Made by a program: the position numbers and the translations under genes. A stretch of DNA of 63,283 bases, the filler included. It is 5 parts of 5 records of this genome, joined end to end, with 100 filler letters (N's around TTAATTAATTAA, not from the genome) between each part and the next. Parts side by side here need not be neighbours in the genome. Positions count along the whole stretch, not along the records: positions 52,516 to 63,283 come from SRR20825019_2697; 4 more parts are not named here. One strand, written 5' to 3'. The notes below the pieces were generated by a model. That model was not told the DNA's origin, searched no databases, and worked only from the letters and a program-made list of their open reading frames with translations. This document shows positions 52,516 through 63,283 of this stretch, in pieces (positions within the stretch are counted from its first letter, which is position 1; each line of letters opens with the position of its first letter).

Positions 52516-52771
52516 TGCTGATGAGATCTCCGACCCTGAGGCCCGCGGAGGTTGCCGAGCGCGTCCTGAGGCCCAGCTTCAGGGCAGCGGGGCGGCTCAG
52601 GTCACGGCAAGGGATTGTCCTTGGGTTCCACCTTTGAGTTCGGTGCCTGGCCCGTGAAACGGTTGCAAAAAATTCAAAGATTGTACTGAGGTTACAATAA
52701 TCAATTAATGTAGCAAACTTTAATAATAAATTGCCACTGGAGTGTACACATTCGCGCTGCTCGCCGCGAAC

Positions 52772-55723
52772 TCACTGATCCATTCTTGATGACTGCGTAG
52801 GGGCCTGCGCGCCGGTCGGAGGAACGGTCTCCTCTTCCTCAGGTTTCACACCGACCACGCCAGAACCCACAACCGGAACAGCGTCCTGAGCGGCCATCGC
52901 TGTGGCTGCAGCAGGGACCGCTTGGGCCGCCGCGGGGGCTGGCGCTGGCGCTGGGGTTGGTGCGTAAGAGACTGCACCTGGTGGCGGTGCCATGGATGCC
53001 GCAGGGGCGACAGCGGGAGAAGGCGCTGGCGACGGGACCTTAGAACCAGACCGGGCGGTCGGTGGTCGAGCGGCCGGTGATCGGGCGGCCGGTGGCGAGG
53101 CGGCCGGTGGCGAGGCGGCGGGGGCGGGTGACGGCTGCCTCACCTTCGGCACTGGACGAGAATGTCAGCATGTCAGCACTGCCTACAGCCTGGCCAGATC
53201 ATCCCACTCACCAGCACGAGTCGAAAGGTTCCACGTCAGCACGTTGTAGTTGTAACGGGACATGAACGCCATTTCTTGAGCGGCGGCGACGGAATCGCTG
53301 CCGTATCGGCTTAGGAAGGCGTCCTCGAAATAGACATTGACCTTCCTCACAACGTTCTTGAGCTGAATCGCATCCACACTGTCGATGCCATCACAGTCAG
53401 CGGGCCCACCGACCTCCAATGCATCCACAAGACACCTCACCTATTGGTCTCGAGCAGCTCGCGGTCAACGAACCTCTCTAAGGACTTCAGCCCATTAGCC
53501 TCCTTAGGAGCGATGAACCAGCGCACAATGATCCAGCGGGCGTTGTCTACACGCAGCATGCTTTCAATGCGGCCAATCCACGAGCCCTGGTCGACTGTCA
53601 CATAGTCGAAGAGCTCAAACTGGGTGCCCCGAACTGAGGCGGCGCGATGCTGGCAGGCACGAACAATGTTGGACTCGATCCATGCCCCTGTATCAACAAA
53701 GCGGTCCCCATCGCCCGAATCGTTCAGGGTAACGGCGGCGCCCGACACCGCCCACTGAAGCAGGGTAAGCAACTATTGTGCGAACAGATTGCGGTTCCAG
53801 CACACACACCCCAACCAGCCCGACCACAGATACAGCACGGCAGAGTACCACCGCCCTCCGTCAGACCCGCGCTTCCTCAAACCACGCTACTTACTGTGCG
53901 CTCCGCCATCTTCTTAGCATCCTCATGCGGGATGCTAGGGTACTGATCCCGGGCGGCCTTGATCGCCCTGGCCGCGGAGAGGGCAAACTCCTTGTCGGAT
54001 GCCACCAGTTTGTTGTACACCCGCTTCATCATCGACGGTGTGTCACGCACCGGGGCCGGAGGAGCGGTAGGCTTGGTCGTTGGCTTGTGAATACTGCCCG
54101 TGCCTGGGGACTTCTTTGCGGGAGGGGGCGATGAGACCGCAGTCCGGGGGGCCATGCTCATGCTCGACGGTGTATTTGACTTCCGTGCGGCCTTGCGCTG
54201 CTCAATCAGCATCTTCTGCTGCCGGTACTCCTCCTGGGCCTTCCGAAGGCGGGCCTGCTCCGCCGCCTTCTCCTTCATTTCTTCCTGGGTCAGCTGGCGC
54301 AGCTGGGGGCTCCACTTCGAGGCCTCGTGAGAATACCTGAACGCCGACTCGCTCCCGGCATATACGTCGTCCTGTGCGAGGTTCCCACCGACCGCTTCCT
54401 TTGTCAACACCTGGAGCTGGTTGTAGATGGATTGAGATATCAAACTCACCATCGCTGCGGAATATACCACAAGGTCAGAGGGTGAGAGCATCCCGGTTAA
54501 GTTGGTTGGTGCGTACCCCTGTCCAGCCCCAGATCGGCGCAGATCACCTCCGCAAACTCATCCGGGTTATTCCGTTTGTCACTAATATCCCACCAGAACT
54601 GGTCTTTTAGCGCCATACTGCCATGGCTAATGTCAATCTTGATCCGCACTAGCCGCTCCTGGCCGGCCACGGTTAGGTAGCTACGGTAGGCGCTGACCTG
54701 CCCCCGGATTTGCTGTGCGACCTTGGCGGCAAAATGGCCCGGAACCTTGAAGTCCTCGCACACCACCGCAGCGAAGTCCTCTGGTGTAGTTTGCGTTTCT
54801 GTTTGAAGAACCGAAACTGGTCAGTTCCTCCCAAAAAAGAGGAGAGGTCAACAAGAAGAACCACAGCCACGCTACCATTGAGGTTCCAGCTGAACGTGTC
54901 CTTGAGCATGTATTTTCCTTCAGATATATTGAGGGTGATGGGCACCAGGCAGTCGTTCACCGAGCGGCCTGGTCTTTAGTCAGAGCGGACACGCCATAGC
55001 AAGAGCTCCCTGTACTCACAGTATCCCCGCTCGAGGTGCTCCGCCACATGAGGCGGCACGCAGTCATCCCCTTTCTTCGACTGTGAACCGTGGGGGGCGA
55101 ACTTTGCTGCCTGCAGTTCCTTGACTTGCCGGGAACCGCGCGGCCGCCCAGGGCCCCTCCTCTCGCCTTCAGGCCGCGGCTTGCGCTCTGGCTTTGGTGC
55201 ACGCGGCCGCGGCCCCGTCTGCATAGAGCGGGAGAGCACCTGGTTGATGTCGATCGAGCCCTCCCTGCCACTAATGTCAGCGCGCATTACAATCTCGAGT
55301 ATGTCCTGGGAACGTACTTCATTCGCGAGATGAAGTCCCGCACAACTTCAACCATTCGATCGGTGGTGTACTTGTTGTTAAGGAACATGGACATCATCGA
55401 CTGCGGGCATCCCAGATACTTTGCAAGCTACGCAGGCGCAAGTCAGCGCACCAACGAGCCAACAAACCAGAACCACCACGGGCACTCACCGATGTTTGGT
55501 TAATGTGGCGGTCCAAAATGAGCTTCCAGCCCCACTTGCGAAGGTCATCGACTTTGAGTTTATCAGGATCCACATCTACAAGCATGGGGTCCGGCCCTCC
55601 AGTGTATGGCTTGTCCTCTGGAATCATACCAGGCTTCCGAGGCTCTTCTTCGAGCTCCTCCTTGTGCTTCTTAGAGGCAGGTGCGGCGTCGCTACCGTCT
55701 TCTTCCCTCTCCCTCTTCGTCAT
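52772..55723 (-). CDS. Eukaryotic SNF5/SMARCB1-like chromatin remodeller subunit with HTH, AT-hook and BAH domains (9 exons, 800 aa)
   Basis: Exons 55723-55490, 55427-55318, 55264-55020, 54968-54876, 54798-54517, 54454-53895, 53772-53441, 53378-53212, 53151-52772 splice in frame via GT-AG introns; SNF5 repeats LVPITL..KDTFSWNLNE..TPEDFA and KDQFWWDI...PDEFAEVICADLGL; WSPQLRQLTQEEM tail. Confidence 0.8.
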
Positions 55724-55915
55724 GGCTGCACGAAATGCTACGCCTTCCTAGACCACTATACTTATGAGTCTCGCTCCATGAGAGTTGTGTCGTGGGTGCC
55801 GGGAACAACAAAGGGGCATACCGGCCAGTGGATAGTAGGCCCATTATCGCGCGGCCAGCCGCCGACGCGAACCTCGGAGACACGACATTGGGGCGGTGCT
55901 CGGACGGGCGTGGCG

Positions 55916-56082
55916 GCCCGACCTGGCGACCGCAGTGGCGGGCCGGGCGGGCCAGCGGCGGGCGGCCCGTGCCGCGGCCAGGGCGGCGGCGGCCCGCCCA
56001 GCCAGTGCGCCCCGGCGGGCCAGCCCGGCCGGGGGAGGCCACCGGGCGGCCCCGCTGGGCTGAGTTACGTGCCAGGTCGGGC
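55916..56082. repeat. Very GC-rich tract bounded by a 12-bp perfect inverted repeat
   Basis: GCCCGACCTGGC (55916-55927) / GCCAGGTCGGGC (56071-56082). Confidence 0.55.
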
Positions 56083-56637
56083 GGCCGCCGGGCGCCTGAC
56101 TGGGAGCCGGGTTTCCCGCGTTTTCATTCACTCAATCAGCCGGTCCGGGGTGTGGCTCGCTCGCAGTCGGACCAGTCCAGTCGGCGGGCCGGCCCCCGCC
56201 AATTGGTGGCGTGGGCAGACGGCCCAGCGGGGGCATGTTGTCGACGCTGCACAAGCGTCAAGTTTGATTTGTGAGAAATCTCAATTGAATATCCGATATG
56301 CTTCTATAAATATCTGAAAATAGAGATGTATGGTGTTTCTCTTAACCAACTTGTGAGTAGTGCCAGACAAGCACTGCGGAGACACTATGTGTAGTTAGTT
56401 CGTTTCATCGTATAACACTGATGAAGTTACATCCTGTAGAAGAAGCAACATCGCATATGGAAGCATAGAGCATTTTCGATAGGGACACAATAAACTGTAC
56501 ACCATACATGAAACCAAAATGAGCCCCTTTCCATCAACAATGCACAACATACTCTCTTCTTCTTTTTTTTTTTTTTTGTATTTACTATTCCCCCTAAACG
56601 CACACCAAGGAGAAGATGTGGGCACAGAGAACTATGC

Positions 56638-57628
56638 TTATTCCTTCTTGCCACCCTTCTTGGACATCTTCTTAACGTAGAACTCGAGCTCCTTACCCTC
56701 AAGAACGTATCCGTCGCAGCGGCCGGACTGACCGGGGCGGGAAGAGATACGGGCGTAGAGACGGCCAGTCTGGAACTGGTGAGCGATCTCCTGGTCGATG
56801 ACACGGGTGGTCTGGCGCTCCTTCAACTTGCGCTCGACGTGGTTGGACTTCTTGACCTCAGCAGTCTCCTCCTTCTTGGCGCCCTTCTTCTTACCGAGGG
56901 CAACACCGTAGTGCTGGTTGTACCACTGCCTGAAAGGAGCAGCATCGATCTGCACAATAGCACCCTTCACGAGGGTCTTGGTACGGACCAACTCGTTGTT
57001 GGAGGCGTTGTACACGACATCCAACACACGGGTCTTGCGGGTGGTGGCTGGAATACTTATGTCAGACCAAAATCACCACGCCTGCGACCACTTTCCCAAA
57101 CTTACTCTCAGAGCCCCAGCTGAAGTTACCAGTGTCCAAACGGAGGGCACGGAACTTCTCGTTACCACCACGAGTGCGGACAGTCCTGATACGCTTGGTG
57201 CCGAGCTTGGTCATGGCAGCAGGGCGGCCGAGCTCGAATTTCCTCTTCTTGCGGTAGTGGGGGCGCTTACCACCAGTAGCGCGGCGCTTGTGCCGGGAGT
57301 CCCGAGAAATACCTATTACCCTTGTTAGCATAAATGCCCTTTACACTCCACGTCCTTAGCCATGCCCCAAACAAACACTAAACATAAATCATTGAAAAGT
57401 GTGGGTCATATCCAACATTTACCACCAACACAGTGGTGCAGGCCGGAAGAAGCACGCACAATATGTAGGCGAGTCCTGTGATAACCTCTCGACATTTTCC
57501 TATCACGTAGCGCTTCTCGCACGTGATACCCCACTCAAGCCCGCACCGCCCGACTTAATCATTCCCAACCCAGCCCACACAAATCCGGCACCAACAACAC
57601 AAAGCTGCATATTATAATACTCACCCAT
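56638..57628 (-). CDS. RPS8: 40S ribosomal protein S8 (eS8), 3 exons, 206 aa
   Basis: Exons 57628-57625 (ATGG), 57312-57106, 57047-56638 give [16 protein letters not shown]...[13 protein letters not shown]...[19 protein letters not shown]. Confidence 0.95.
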
Positions 57629-58820
57629 GGTGTGTGTGCGAGGGGTCTAGGGTATCTTTGTGGATAATGTGCGACAACCATATATACAGAGGAGGCGATA
57701 GGTTGGGCGCAGGGGAAGGCGGGTCTTGGGGCCGGGACTGATTGGACGTGGACGCGTGATGAGCGGTGGCGGCGAGCCCGGCCGGCTACGACAGGATGCT
57801 AGGACCCTCGGTGCTCAACGCAGAGCCCAGAGGAGGCAGGCAATAGGGCATGGCTGACCCGGGTGACCGAAAAAACCGATCGGACAGAGAAAGCACCCCA
57901 GGTCACGAACACGAGAGTCAAGGAATGTCAATAGGCAGTCACATGATTCCCCATGCGAGGTGTGTTCAGGGAACCACATCAAAATGTGCGCCATGTGAGC
58001 GCACATGCCGAGGGGCCATGCTTTCGGACGGGGGGCGTCCGATCTTACCAACCACTAGATATACCGCATTATTTGACCATTACGAACGAGGCTGTTAAAA
58101 GATTAACCGCACACTTTGTCATATTTATTTGTGACCTTTAAATTGTGATGACTAAATGCGACCGATTGTTGGGGCCATGCTCTGGCCCCCAATCAGCCTG
58201 TTCGGGACGTCGGATTGATGAGTGGCCCGATCCGAACCCGGCAGCCGGGCGACAAGCCTGACGGATGACCGCCGCCGAGGCGGCCACGGTCCGGTGAGAT
58301 GGCCGCGGAATTGGCCAATCACTGAAGTACACCACCCGGAACGTTTGTGGGCGGAACTTCCGGCTGAACAGCCGGAGTGACATCCGAGTGGAGGGGCGCA
58401 CTGGTCATGCATGATGATTCATGACCGCTACGGTGAAGTGGCGCCACAGCCCCCCAAAGAAACTTGGGCGCGGGATCACGGCCGGGGGCACCGCGCCGAG
58501 CCTCCTCCGAACCATCGCGGTTGGGCGTTCTCCCTTCAGTGGTCAAGGGCCGGCCGCAGCGTCCTGCCGCCCGACCTCGAGGGGCTCGGCACATGGAAGA
58601 AAGCGTGAGAGTGTGTCCCTGTGGCCGTGGCGTCACTACCATACCGGCCGTCCAGCGTCTGAGCCGCGCCACGCCCGGCGTGGCGAGGTGAGCGTGCACC
58701 CCAACCACCTAGAACACACCAACATATATATCTGCCATCCAGTTCCATCAGCTATTCCAACTATTCGAACTTGAACGATTGGTTGCCGGTCAGTGGCTGC
58801 CGGGAACCTACCTCCATAAT

Positions 58821-60626
58821 ATGGAAGCAGCAATACGTAAGAAACGCGTAAACGTTACTGTTATTGCATGCTTGAGATGTCGAAGCAAGAAGAGGAAGTG
58901 TGATGGGGGCTCCCCGTGCTCCAGTTGTGTTGCGGCGGGGTTGGGAAAGGAGGACTGCGTAAAAGGCACCCGTGACTTCTCACGAAAGAATAGGCGGCGA
59001 CGGGTGCTCCAGAAGACTTCAGAGACGGACTCTGCTGAGACTTCTGAAGAGTCCGCACAATATTGTAGTATGGTTCAATGGGACGGGGCTAGGATTAGTC
59101 GGGAGCAGATGAGATTCGCATCACAGGCTGCGATGACATGGGAACGGACAGAGCTTCTGAGTTGGTATGCTGAATACCTTCCCACCTGCACTGCTCCGCA
59201 GTGGAAGCGTGCAAGGCGAATGCACACTATTCTCTTCCACAACATCAACGACAGGATTGCAGATGGCTCGCTGCACACGATGGAGGGTATTGGAGTCCGC
59301 TACTGTAATGCCATGTACCTCGGGTGTGCGCTAACATTCTACGGAAGGCACGAGCTAGGCATCATGCAAGTCAAGAATTTATTGAACTCTTCAAACGAGT
59401 TGCGTAAGATTCTGAGCCCGGAGAACTACTTCGATATTGGATTAGCTGGAGTTTCAATGTGCTCCCTCCTTTGGGATGAGCACCCAGTCATTGTACACGA
59501 TGCAATCACAGAGATCAAGGACATCTTGTTTGAGGCCGGCAATGCCTTTGGTCCCAATTTCCTCCATGAGTCATTACACATGACAACTGTCCTCATCTTC
59601 ATGAGCCTCATGACCGACATCAACTCTACCATAGTGGAGCGCACTCAAGCCTTCGCCTTTATGCAGTTTCCTATAATCCCCACTGATCCCGCTGCATTCT
59701 CGGTGGAGATACTTGACCCTGTGTTGCCGGACATGCGTGTGTATATTTGGGTAACGTTATATGAGATACTGGGGCGGCTGGGAGGGCGTCGGGCCGCAGG
59801 ATCAGTGGATCACTTCGTCCGCAATGGGGGTTATGGTTATCCATGTGATATGGTGGGGGTGTTCCGCATGAGCCAGGAAACATTTGCGCGTAGTAACATT
59901 GGGGCTGATAATAAGTTCAGTCTTCCTAAGGAGAAGGTTACAAATCTCTACCGTGCCTGGGAGGTTGTGACTTTTGCGCAGGAGGCTCTGAAGTCATTTC
60001 TGGATCGGAACATGATTTTCCGATATGAGGTCTTTGTTACCACCGTTCTACCATTGATTTTAATGGCGCTATTCATAGCGTACACGTGGTTAGGAGAGCG
60101 GAAGAAGGCAATGACGGTAGGTGAAACCCATATGTTGTTCTTGTATGTGTGTCTTTTGTGCAAGATGGGTGTGCCATGACTTGTGGATAGCTCTTCTTGG
60201 ATATGCGACAACTGGCCAAGTGTCCTCTAATCGCCATTATTGACAAACACTGCGCAGATATTCAATATTTTTAAGATGGAGTGCAAACACATCGCCATGG
60301 TGGGATGGCTTCCCTCACTTTACGATTGGGGATTGGTGGGTATGGTCGAGTGTGTCTACACCCAGTATCAGTCAGAGGAAATGTTGGCTGATGTACGTGA
60401 GGTTGTGGTGAAGGTACGGGATGCTAAGTCCATCAATGTCAATCCGGTGAGAGCAGCCCTAGTGGACGCGATTGACAAGTTCATATCGGACATAGAGAAT
60501 ACTCAGCTGCCAATAATGTTAGTGCAGAAGGAGGAGGCTTCTGGCAACCTGGGCCTCACTATACAAGAGAATCAGTCGTCAGAGCATGACTCGGGGGGTA
60601 GCGATATCATCTTTAAGATCCCGTGA
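58821..60626 (+). CDS. Zn(II)2Cys6 binuclear-cluster transcription factor (2 exons, about 554 aa)
   Basis: ACLRCRSKKRKCDGGSPCSSC-x9-C; phase-0 intron 60117-60257 (GTAGGT...TTGAC...CAG) joins the two ORFs. Confidence 0.78.
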
Positions 60627-61366
60627 GAATATGGGTTGTTTATGTACACTAGAGATGGTAACGCACCAAGACGGACCTCGATCCACGGCCGGTAGCCCTG
60701 CGCGGATGCTTGTTTGCTGGGAAATGCCAAGACTGTTAGCTCGGGCGAAGATTAGGCTGTGAGCCCTGTTGGGCGACGCGGTACCCCCGTAGGCACGGAT
60801 AAGTGTATCGTTCGTAGCAGGATTCAGGCGTCACGCACCACACCTAGGGACCGACCGGCGGTACTCAGACCTTACTCAGACCGCGTCAACAATAAATCCT
60901 GCTCAAGACCAAACTGATCAGTTAGTATGGACAGGTACTGTATGCTACTATTATTAGCACAACAAGTTGCGTCGACTGCCGTGAGTCGGGCTGCGGCGCG
61001 GCGCGCGGGGCCGGTCCGCCCACCCCCGGCTCTGTCACCGGGACCCCCCGTTGCGGCCCCGCGGGCGCACCGGCGCGGCCCCCGCCCCCGCCGGGCGTGA
61101 CCGGACTGCAGGGCGGGTTGCTCATGGTGGTAAGCCCCGGCCGCCGGCCCAGGTTGACTGCGACTGAGGGTTGTCAGCGTGCAATAGATGTCTGCAGCCT
61201 CTTGGTTCACGCCCTGGAGACACGTCGATGAGTGGATGGATCAAGCCAGGCCCTTTCGCAATCAGTCGGCCAGTCAGTCCTGTTGACATTGGTGTCTCGG
61301 AAACGACTCCTTAGGCCTGGTCGACGCCTCGCCTCAACCCGCAATAAATAAACCCTTGCCAGACAC

Positions 61367-61372
61367 TATAAA
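61367..61372 (+). promoter_or_regulatory. TATA box
   Basis: TATAAA 33 nt upstream of the ATG at 61400. Confidence 0.5.
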
Positions 61373-61399
61373 GGGCATCTCCGCCTTGCTAGGAACAAT

Positions 61400-63109
61400 A
61401 TGAAGTCGTCCCTCGCGTTTGTTGCGGTGTGTGTCCTTGCTTGCACGACCACTCTGGCATGGGCTCAAGACTCCGACGCGGTGTCACTCACCGCCGATGG
61501 CTTTGACGGTGACACACAGACTGGCGCGTGGTTCGTGATGTTCAAGGCGTTCTGGTGCGGTCATTGTAAGGTGTGTGGCGGCGGTGCCTTAGTTGTGCTT
61601 GGAGTGCCTTGTGAACTGACCTCCTCCTTGCGCATTTCTTTTTTCGTTACATCATCTTGTGCGTCACTGTGCTTGCTGCTCGCCTCGTTACCAACCTTTC
61701 ATTCCGATTCCCTTCATCTGTAACTCCATGGTGGCCTGCTCCGCATCAACGCCTCTTCTCCTTCGACACCACGTCTGTCTCACCGTCACAGGCCTTGACC
61801 CCTAAATGGGACGTCTTGGCCACTAAGACCAAGGGCCACGTCAACATCGGGGTGGTAGAGTGCACTGAGCAGAGGAGCCTATGTCAAGATATGGGCATCC
61901 GCGGCTTCCCAACACTGAGATTGTTTAAGGATGGCGAGCTCGCCGGTGAGTACCGTGGCCCTCGGACGGTGGAAGCGCTGGAGGAGTTCATTCGGGACAA
62001 CGGGGCGTATGACTACCACCTCCCCGACAACGAGGTGGAGACAGAGGCCGCTAACGCCGCGCCCGCTCCAACCCCGGAGCCGGAGGTCCACGCGGACCAG
62101 CCTCCGGCCCCGCCCAAGCAAGACTCTCCGGCTAGCCCGCCCGCTGACCACAAGAATTCTGACGGTAGGTGACGGTGTTTCTATTTATAGTTCCGTTTGG
62201 TTTGGTTTTGGGCTGTGGCGCGGAGGTTTGTTGGCGCTGAGAAGACCCCGACGCTCACTGTGGTACACGCAGTTGTGCTGCGCTATTTTGGGGCGCAGGG
62301 CCGGGCGGAGGCCGTCCGCCTCGCCCTGGAGGAACGTGGAATCGAGTACCAAGACATCCGCTTCAACCGCGACACGTGGCCGGATGAGAAGCAGAAGGGA
62401 ACCGAAGCGGGCATCTACACCTTCGGGCAGCTCCCTGAGCTCAGCATCGACGGCAAGCATATTGTCCAGAGCGGCGCGATCTTGCGGCACCTTGCCCGTA
62501 GAGAGGGGCTCTATGGGTCTGCCGGAGAGGAGACCATGGTGGACGTGGTGTTTGACGGTGCCGAGGACATGCGCAAGGCGTACGGGAAGCTGGTGTACTC
62601 ATCAGGCTTCGACGCTGATAGGTTGGTGTGCGGAGAGAGGTCGACTGAACGTCATCGATACTAACGCCCGTGGTAACTCAGGCCCGCGTATGTCAACGAG
62701 TATCTTCCCCTGTGGCTAGGCCACATGGAGCGGCTCAAGGCCAAGTCTCCCCATGCGGAGTTCTTCGTTGGAGAGCAGCTGACCATCGCCGATATTTCAA
62801 TGTTTAACATCCTCGACGTCAATACCCGCCTCGAGCCGAGCTGCCTCGACGCATACCCGAACCTCAAGGTAATGTGCGAAACATGGGAAGTTGGCGGCGG
62901 GGAGGCCACTGTGTAGTAGGATAGTGAATGCGGAACTGCTCCGCCAGCCAGGTGCTAATGAATCCCTGCAGGTTTTTAAGGAACGCTTCGCCGCCCGGCC
63001 ACGGATCGCGAGCTACCTCAGCTCACAGAGGCGCCCTGTCCATGCTAATGGGCCAACGTCGTTCTACGACAATGAGAACCGGCCAGCCAAGGGCAACCTC
63101 CGCAAGTAG
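61400..63109 (+). CDS. Signal peptide + PDI-type thioredoxin domain + Pro-rich linker + glutathione S-transferase (5 exons, 405 aa)
   Basis: Exons 61400-61570, 61792-62164, 62273-62621, 62682-62868, 62972-63109 splice in frame; WCGHCK, GIRGFPTL; GST YF..QGRAEAVR, FGQLP, QSGAILRHL, VGEQLTIAD, RPRIASYL. Confidence 0.8.
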
Positions 63110-63283
63110 TCATTTGCAGGGCGCTTCACGGTGCCCTTGCGGGGCATGGATGTGAAGATATCTTCGATAGTGGAGCACAAGCACAAGAGAAAGCATAGAT
63201 TCTGATATATAAATACCTTTGAATTCACTTGGTACCATGTATTATTTGAAGGCGGTTTCATTCTCCAACTCAACCAGATCAAC

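Noticed and set aside
52516-52660. CCTGAGGCCC duplicated near the contig start; possible 3' end of a convergent gene
   Set aside because: Too short to assign a frame or product
55421-56317. 298-aa and overlapping Gly/Arg/Pro-rich ORFs
   Set aside because: Products of the stop-poor GC tract and antisense to the SNF5 first exon
57815-58780. Many short ORFs between RPS8 and the Zn2Cys6 gene
   Set aside because: No coding signature; more likely a divergent promoter and 5' UTR region
1-63283. tRNA, rRNA, transposase, integrase, CRISPR or known defence genes
   Set aside because: None recognised by eye; a tRNAscan/Infernal run would be needed to exclude small RNAs

Overview
This window is not one locus. 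It is five unrelated contigs joined by identical 100-nt linkers (44 N + TTAATTAATTAA + 44 N) at 28559-28658, 39014-39113, 44932-45031 and 52416-52515. (1) 1-28558: AT-rich Bacteroidota (Flavobacteriales-like; gldA, TAnnTTTG promoters) with housekeeping and envelope genes, a lipoprotein-type subclass B1 metallo-beta-lactamase and a collagen/beta-helix/S74 fibre protein. (2) 28659-39013: alphaproteobacterial (Thalassospira-like, inferred) trmB followed by a hemophore-type heme uptake locus: ECF sigma, FecR, TonB receptor, HasA-like hemophore with an RTX tail, T1SS ABC and MFP, heme oxygenase. (3) 39114-44931: similar alphaproteobacterium with moaA, FAD monooxygenase, DUF123 nuclease, glyoxalase-superfamily protein, bolA, rarD, grxD. 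(4) 45032-52415: GC-rich Rhizobiales-type mutS-glnD-murJ-trpS block. (5) 52516-63283: an intron-containing eukaryote. Manual splicing gives four genes: a 9-exon SNF5/SMARCB1 homologue with an N-terminal HTH and AT-hook and a C-terminal BAH domain, RPS8, a Zn2Cys6 transcription factor, and a signal-peptide-bearing PDI-type thioredoxin fused to a GST. The most unusual items are the two eukaryotic domain fusions (invisible in the ORF track) and the HasA-RTX locus with twin ECF promoters. All family calls come from motif recognition, not database searches.
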